Source: Bacteroidales bacterium (GTDB taxonomy: Bacteria; Bacteroidota; Bacteroidia; Bacteroidales; UBA6680). From it: 51,337 nt of DNA. The position numbers were made by a program, and so were the translations under genes. This document shows positions 46,221 through 51,337 of the stretch, one piece after another; within the stretch, counting starts at the first letter, position 1; every line of letters starts with the position of its first letter. Below the pieces are notes generated by a model. That model did not search any database, was not told the origin of the DNA, and saw only the letters and a program-made list of their open reading frames with translations. Where the stretch lies: NCBI GenBank assembly GCA_016926405.1, contig JAFGOQ010000062.1, forward strand, positions 1 through 51,337, read 5' to 3'.

Positions 46221-48683
46221 ATGATAAAATTGAAAACTCTTCTTACCGTTGTTATTTTTTGTTTGTCGGCAATTGTCTGTCTGGCGCAATCTTATGTTAT
46301 AAAAGGAATTGTACTCGATTCAAGTAACCAACCACTTGATGTTGTTAATGTAATTAGGGCTGGTAATGGCAAAGGGGTAATAACAAATTCTAAAGGTGAG
46401 TTCGAAATTAATATCGAAAATAAAAAGAGAAGTGTTGAGCTAATATTTAGTTTATTAGGTTTCCAGACACAGAATTTAGTTGTTAAGGCTAATAAGAATG
46501 GTGTTTTTCCTTTGGTGAAAGTTACTCTTGCAGAGTCTAGCACTTTAATTAAGCAAGTTAAAGTTGTTTCCGATAAAGGTTTTACCTCAACAAAAATTGT
46601 AAAAATTAATGGTTTAGATCTTTCACCTATCTCGGTAGGAGGTGTTGAGACTATTATAAAAACATTTCCGGGTGTTGTTTCTAATAACGAAATGAGTTCG
46701 CAATACTCGGTTCGTGGAGGAAACTTCGACGAAAATCTGGTTTATATTAATGGGGTAGAGGTTTATAAGCCTTTTCTTATTAAATCGGGGCAACAAGAGG
46801 GACTTAGTGCTGTAAACCCCGATTTAGTGGGTAATGTTAAGTTTTCGGCTGGCGGTTTTAACTCAAATTATGGCGATAAATTATCGTCGGTACTCGACAT
46901 TCAGTATCGACGTCCTACTCAGTTCGAGGCTAGTGCTAAGGCATCTTTGCTTGGCGGATCGTTCCATTTTGGAGGTGTGTCGAAAGATAAGAAGCTTAGT
47001 GTAATGAGTGGTGCTCGTTATAAAACAAACAGTTTCTTTCTTGGTACTCTTCAGACAGAGGGTGAATATACACCTTCGTTTTTCGATTTTCAGCTTTTTT
47101 CTAACTATAAGCTTTCGCAGAAAACCGAGGTTTCTGTTTTGGCAAATGTTGCTTTAAACAGATACAATTTTATTCCTAAAAATAGAGAAACCACATTCGG
47201 GTCGCTTGCCAATATTCAAACATTACGAATTTATTATGAAGGCCGAGAGGTTGATAAATTTAACACTAGTCAGGTGTCGGTTAATGTTAATAATAAACTA
47301 TCGGATAAAGTTTTTTCTAAAACATCGGTTTCTGGTTATATCTCGAACGAGAAAGAGACTTACGATATTTTAGGGCAGTACTGGTTGCAGGATTTAGATA
47401 ACGATAGCAACCTTACTGGTGGCGCCGATGGCAAGTTAAACATAGGAGTGGGGTCGTATCTCGATCATGCCCGAAATTATCTCGATACAAAGGTTTTGGC
47501 TGTGTCAAATAAAGGTATTGTTGACTTCGACGATTTAGAGCTTACATGGAAGGTGGGTTGCGATATTCAGGATTTTGACTTTAGTACTAACGAATGGAAA
47601 ATGCTTGATTCTGCTGGTTATTCGGTTCCTTACTCTAATAACTCAATTGAATTTGAGTTCTTTAAAAAGAATAACAAACATATAACTAATTATATATACT
47701 CGGGAAATTTAAATGGTCAATATATTTGGCGTCAGTTAGGCGGTTCGTCGTTTTCGTTAGATGCGGGTGTTCGATTTAACTATTCAAATATTAATAACGA
47801 GTTTTTCTTAAGCCCACGAGCACGATTGGTTTTTAAACCTGTTTCTGATCAATATCTTTCGTTTAACTTATCGGTGGGATCGTATAATCAGCCAGTATTT
47901 TTTAAAGAGATGGTTGACGAGTTTGGTCAGTTTCACAACGATGTTTTGTCGCAAAAATCGTGGCATTTTGTTTTAGGAAATACTTTTGAATTTAAGTGGT
48001 GGGGGCGTCCTTTTAAGTTCGATACCGAAGTGTATTATAAGTATATGTACGATTTAAATCCGTATAAGATGAAAAACGTACAGATTGTTTATGCTGCCAA
48101 TAATAGTGCTACGGGCTATGCTTATGGTGCCGATGTAAAGTTAAATGGCGAGTTTGTTGAAGGTGTTGAATCGTGGGTTAGTATTTCGGTATTACGTACA
48201 AAAGAAGATATTGATGGCGACTTTTATTTAAATAAAAATGACGAGAAAACCGATATTGGATATTACCCTCGTCCAACCGATAGGCTTTTTAACTTCAGTC
48301 TGTTTTTTCAGGATTATCTGCCGGTTTTTCCTTCGTGGAAAGTTAATCTTACCGCCTTTTTTGGGACAGGAATGCCTCAGCAAATGCCATTTTCCGACAA
48401 TCCTAATAATTTTTTCCGTATTCCCGATTATAAACGAATTGATATAGGATTCTCTAAAGTGTTTAAAAAAGAGGGGCTTATTAAAAACGACTCTCGAATA
48501 CTTAAACCATTTAAAGGTTTTTGGGTTGGGTTAGAAGTTTTTAATTTGTTAGATACAAAAAACACAATCTCGCATATGTGGGTAAAATCGGTAAACGGAT
48601 CTACTGGCGAACAGGGGCAATATGCTGTGCCAAACTATTTAACTGGCCGAGTTATTAATGTTAAGATTAGTGCCGAGTTTTAA
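46221..48683 (+). CDS. TonB-dependent receptor with an N-terminal CarboxypepD_reg-like domain
   Basis: 820 aa with a signal peptide. YVIKGIVLDSSNQPLDVVNVI...GEFEI (carboxypeptidase-regulatory-like). Plug (SQYSVRGGNFDENLVYINGVEVY). Long beta-barrel ending ...KISAEF. Confidence 0.85.
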   Translation: MIKLKTLLTVVIFCLSAIVCLAQSYVIKGIVLDSSNQPLDVVNVIRAGNGKGVITNSKGEFEINIENKKRSVELIFSLLGFQTQNLVVKANKNGVFPLVKVTLAESSTLIKQVKVVSDKGFTSTKIVKINGLDLSPISVGGVETIIKTFPGVVSNNEMSSQYSVRGGNFDENLVYINGVEVYKPFLIKSGQQEGLSAVNPDLVGNVKFSAGGFNSNYGDKLSSVLDIQYRRPTQFEASAKASLLGGSFHFGGVSKDKKLSVMSGARYKTNSFFLGTLQTEGEYTPSFFDFQLFSNYKLSQKTEVSVLANVALNRYNFIPKNRETTFGSLANIQTLRIYYEGREVDKFNTSQVSVNVNNKLSDKVFSKTSVSGYISNEKETYDILGQYWLQDLDNDSNLTGGADGKLNIGVGSYLDHARNYLDTKVLAVSNKGIVDFDDLELTWKVGCDIQDFDFSTNEWKMLDSAGYSVPYSNNSIEFEFFKKNNKHITNYIYSGNLNGQYIWRQLGGSSFSLDAGVRFNYSNINNEFFLSPRARLVFKPVSDQYLSFNLSVGSYNQPVFFKEMVDEFGQFHNDVLSQKSWHFVLGNTFEFKWWGRPFKFDTEVYYKYMYDLNPYKMKNVQIVYAANNSATGYAYGADVKLNGEFVEGVESWVSISVLRTKEDIDGDFYLNKNDEKTDIGYYPRPTDRLFNFSLFFQDYLPVFPSWKVNLTAFFGTGMPQQMPFSDNPNNFFRIPDYKRIDIGFSKVFKKEGLIKNDSRILKPFKGFWVGLEVFNLLDTKNTISHMWVKSVNGSTGEQGQYAVPNYLTGRVINVKISAEF

Positions 48684-48883
48684 TAGTTAAAAAGCTTAGG
48701 ATAATCGTTGTCGAACTTCTGTAAGACTTCCGAAATAATAGCCTCGCGCATAAATTTCGAGCGGTTGGTAATGTTGTACTTCTCGCAATATTTTTCAATA
48801 GCCTCTATTTCGGCATCGTTAAAAAGCATCGATATTTTGTGTTTACGTTTAAGCTTTTCGTTATTAAATCCGGGACGTTTCAT
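48680..48883 (-). CDS. small ribbon-helix-helix-like protein, tentative
   Basis: 67 aa. KHKISMLFNDAEIEAIEKYCEKYNITNRSKFMREAIISEV fits a strand-helix-helix (CopG/RHH) pattern. Its stop overlaps the receptor gene stop by 4 nt. Confidence 0.4.
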   Translation of the reverse strand: MKRPGFNNEKLKRKHKISMLFNDAEIEAIEKYCEKYNITNRSKFMREAIISEVLQKFDNDYPKLFNY

Positions 48884-49157
48884 ACTGTTTAATAATTAGA
48901 CGGGATTAACACGAATGTATAATTGTGTTATTTTTTTTAACCATAATTCTTATTGCTAATCTCACTATTATTTGAGTTTTATTTACTCTTTTTTACTCAA
49001 TTTTTATTGAAGGGCTCAAAATACAACCTTTTTTTTATTTACTGGTAGCCTATTATCTTTTTTCTGATATTTAATTCTATTCCCTTCTCATTTACTATAT
49101 TGTAACTGCTTTATTTTAACCAATAAATTCAATAATAACCTATAATAAATATATTCT

Positions 49158-50024
49158 ATGAGCATTTTAATTAATAAAAATTCAAGAGTAATTATACAAG
49201 GCTTTACAGGCAGCGAAGGAGCTTTTCATGCCCAACAGATGATTGATTATGGAACAAACGTAGTTGGTGGAGTTACTCCAGGTAAGGGCGGAACAACGCA
49301 TTTAGGTAAGCCTGTTTTCGACACCGTTAGTCAGGCCGTTGATGCTGTTAAGGCTAATGTGTCGGTTGTTTTTGTTCCACCTGCTTTTGGTGCCGATGCC
49401 ATTATGGAGGCTGCCGATGCCGGAATAAAGGTTATTGTTGCCATTACCGAAGGAATACCTGTTGCCGATATGGTGAAGGCCAAAGCTTTTGTCGATAAAC
49501 ATGGCGTTACTCTTATTGGCCCAAACTGCCCTGGTATTATAACTGCCAACGAGTGTAAAGTTGGAATTATGCCAGGGTTTATTTTTAAAAAAGGATGTGT
49601 TGGTGTAATATCAAAATCGGGTACTCTTACCTACGAGGCCGTTGACCAGCTCTCAAGAGTAGGTCTTGGACAAACAACTGCTATTGGCATTGGTGGCGAT
49701 CCAATTATAGGCACATCAACCCTTGACGCCGTTAAGTTGTTTATGAGCGATCCGGAAACAAAAGGAATAGTTATGATTGGCGAAATTGGTGGCGAGATGG
49801 AGGCCGAAGCTGCTCGTTGGATTAAAGACAACGGAACAAAACCTGTTGTTGGTTTTATTGCTGGCCAAACTGCCCCAAAGGGTAAACGCATGGGACACGC
49901 TGGTGCCATTATAGGTGGTAAAGACGATACTGCTCAAGCCAAAATGAAAATTATGGCCGAGTGTGGTATACATGTGGTTAATTCGCCTGCTAATATAGGA
50001 GAGAAAATGAAAGAATTATTATAA
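49158..50024 (+). CDS. sucD: succinate--CoA ligase (ADP-forming) subunit alpha
   Basis: 288 aa. [45 protein letters not shown], and the phospho-histidine loop MGHAGAII. Confidence 0.95.
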   Translation: MSILINKNSRVIIQGFTGSEGAFHAQQMIDYGTNVVGGVTPGKGGTTHLGKPVFDTVSQAVDAVKANVSVVFVPPAFGADAIMEAADAGIKVIVAITEGIPVADMVKAKAFVDKHGVTLIGPNCPGIITANECKVGIMPGFIFKKGCVGVISKSGTLTYEAVDQLSRVGLGQTTAIGIGGDPIIGTSTLDAVKLFMSDPETKGIVMIGEIGGEMEAEAARWIKDNGTKPVVGFIAGQTAPKGKRMGHAGAIIGGKDDTAQAKMKIMAECGIHVVNSPANIGEKMKELL

Positions 50025-50044
50025 ATTTTAAAACCCCAAAAATT

Positions 50045-51337
50045 ATGAAAAAAACAACTTTATTTTTTGTGCTTATTTCTTTTTGTTTGTGTCTATTCTC
50101 ACAAAAAGTAGTTACCGATCGTGATATTTATCTTCCAGGAGAGAATGTATCCTTTAGGATACTTACATATAACAAAACTCCCATTAAAGATTGGAAGGTA
50201 TCATGCTTTGATAACGAGGAAAAGATAATATTTTTTAAGGAAATTTTATTTCGTGATAATAGTCTTTCCTTTTCTTTTGAGTTACCTTGGGAAATTCAGC
50301 AAGGTGAGTATAGGTTGACTTTCGAGAATTCAGAAACAGAACAAGCTACATCTGCACATATTTTTGTTTTATTTCCCAAGGATAATAAAATTCAGCTTCA
50401 ATGTGAGATTGATTCTTTAATTTCATTGAAAAGTAGCTCACTTAAGTTTTCTTTATTGCTTAAATCCGACGTGAATGAAAATGTTAAAGTTACTTATAAG
50501 ATTATTAGAGATAATAAAGTTATCACAAAGGCAAAATCTAAAATAGTAATAAATAAACCTGCACAATTAACTATTTCTGGTGTAGAATTTCTAGATGGAG
50601 ACCTTTTAAGTTTCTCATATTCATTTCAAAAGAAAAAATACTCTAATGTAATCCCAATTAAATTTATTGATTCAAAATCAAATGTGACTTTTGCTGTTGA
50701 GGGAGAAACATTGATAGAAAATAAAATTAATAAAGTGGGATTTTTATCTGTAGGTTGTGATTTAAAACCTTTAAAAAGAAATTTTAAATTGATGAATTCT
50801 AATAATCAACAGTTAATGACTTTTGAAAATGTTGCAGCTGCTAATTTTGAATTTACACCTTTACCTAATACGTCCTATTTTTTAGTTGATCAGTATGGAA
50901 ATAAATATGATTTTAAACTAAGAAAATATAGAGCTTTTAAATCAGATGGAATTGATATAAGTATCTCGTATGACAATGCCAATAAGATAGTAAATATTAA
51001 TGGCGATTTTGGTAAAATTAAAGATAATAGTATTCTTGATATAGTTGATGGAGAAAGAGTATTGCCTTTTATTAAGTGGATTAATTACAATGCATTGTTT
51101 TTATTTAATGATTCAGTAATTGAACTCATAAATAATATTGATATTAACGGGAATTATTCGAAATTATATTTGACTTTAAATAAATATAATTGTGGAGATG
51201 AGCTTTTTATTTGTAATAAAGAGGATGATATTATTCGATTGTTTAATTATAAGAAGTTTTGTAACCTTCATTACAATAATGGGATGAATACTATGCCTAA
51301 AATAGAAATTAAAGAAGCATATAAAATTGCACTTGAA
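50045..51337 (+). CDS. secreted protein, 3'-partial (runs off the window), possible MG2/alpha-2-macroglobulin-like N-terminal domain
   Basis: ATG 50045 opens a frame with no stop for 431 codons to the window end; I translated it by hand and it is not in the ORF track. Signal peptide MKKTTLFFVLISFCLCLFS. DRDIYLPGENVSFRILTY resembles the start of bacterial MG2 domains. Confidence 0.5.
   Translation, partial: MKKTTLFFVLISFCLCLFSQKVVTDRDIYLPGENVSFRILTYNKTPIKDWKVSCFDNEEKIIFFKEILFRDNSLSFSFELPWEIQQGEYRLTFENSETEQATSAHIFVLFPKDNKIQLQCEIDSLISLKSSSLKFSLLLKSDVNENVKVTYKIIRDNKVITKAKSKIVINKPAQLTISGVEFLDGDLLSFSYSFQKKKYSNVIPIKFIDSKSNVTFAVEGETLIENKINKVGFLSVGCDLKPLKRNFKLMNSNNQQLMTFENVAAANFEFTPLPNTSYFLVDQYGNKYDFKLRKYRAFKSDGIDISISYDNANKIVNINGDFGKIKDNSILDIVDGERVLPFIKWINYNALFLFNDSVIELINNIDINGNYSKLYLTLNKYNCGDELFICNKEDDIIRLFNYKKFCNLHYNNGMNTMPKIEIKEAYKIALE

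Noticed and set aside
48907-48939. Terminator-like hairpin TTAACAC...GTGTTA followed by T8, upstream of sucD.
   Set aside because: The stem is only 6-7 bp and AT-rich. No plus-strand gene ends nearby, since the receptor gene stops 220 nt earlier with an antisense gene in between.
1-51337. Looked for tRNA, rRNA, tmRNA, integrase/att sites, prophage or conjugative modules, and toxin-antitoxin pairs.
   Set aside because: I could recognise none by eye. The only mobile-element-related gene is the solitary Y1 transposase. Covariance-model and HMM scans would be needed to exclude small RNAs.

Overview
This is an AT-rich chromosomal window that looks like Bacteroidota. Supporting signs are TAnnTTTG-type promoter boxes, a CarboxypepD_reg-type TonB-dependent receptor, DUF5020/DUF3108/HU-SPOR proteins and an IS200-like Y1 transposase. 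All calls come from reading the translated ORFs and the raw sequence by eye; no searches were run.

Housekeeping or core genes:
- mnmE
- hutI plus a bifunctional ftcD
- aroE
- sucD
- a DUF368 membrane protein
- a secreted C1 cysteine peptidase
- a GbsR/MarR-TolC-MFP-RND efflux operon
- lrgAB
- a YfcC-type transporter
- a thiol-redox pair (ArsC-like and TlpA-like)

The more unusual content:
1. A complete Che-like chemosensory operon, cheA-cheW-MCP-cheR-cheD-cheB (36.4-43.7 kb). It has no single-domain CheY and no flagellar genes nearby. It is bracketed by a STAS-like ORF, a sensor-only TM-GAF-PAS protein, and a divergent Crp/Fnr plus receiver pair.
2. A 736-aa membrane protein that reads as a periplasmic Cache sensor fused, through a 2-TM hairpin, to a prokaryotic pentameric ligand-gated ion channel.
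3. An orphan 226-aa protein at the left edge with a deaminase-type HAE...PCxxC zinc signature.
4. A bacterial DM9 (DUF3421) two-repeat protein, followed by about 1 kb with no ORFs.
5. An AraC-family regulator split exactly at an A9 homopolymer.
6. A 1.1-kb convergent intergenic region holding a strictly phased array of ten TCGACAAAA-type boxes, 81-bp tandem repeats, three copies of a 47-nt hairpin and a 19-bp perfect inverted repeat.
7. A second, unrelated REP-like triple repeat directly upstream of the Y1 transposase.

I recognised no rRNA, tRNA or CRISPR array.
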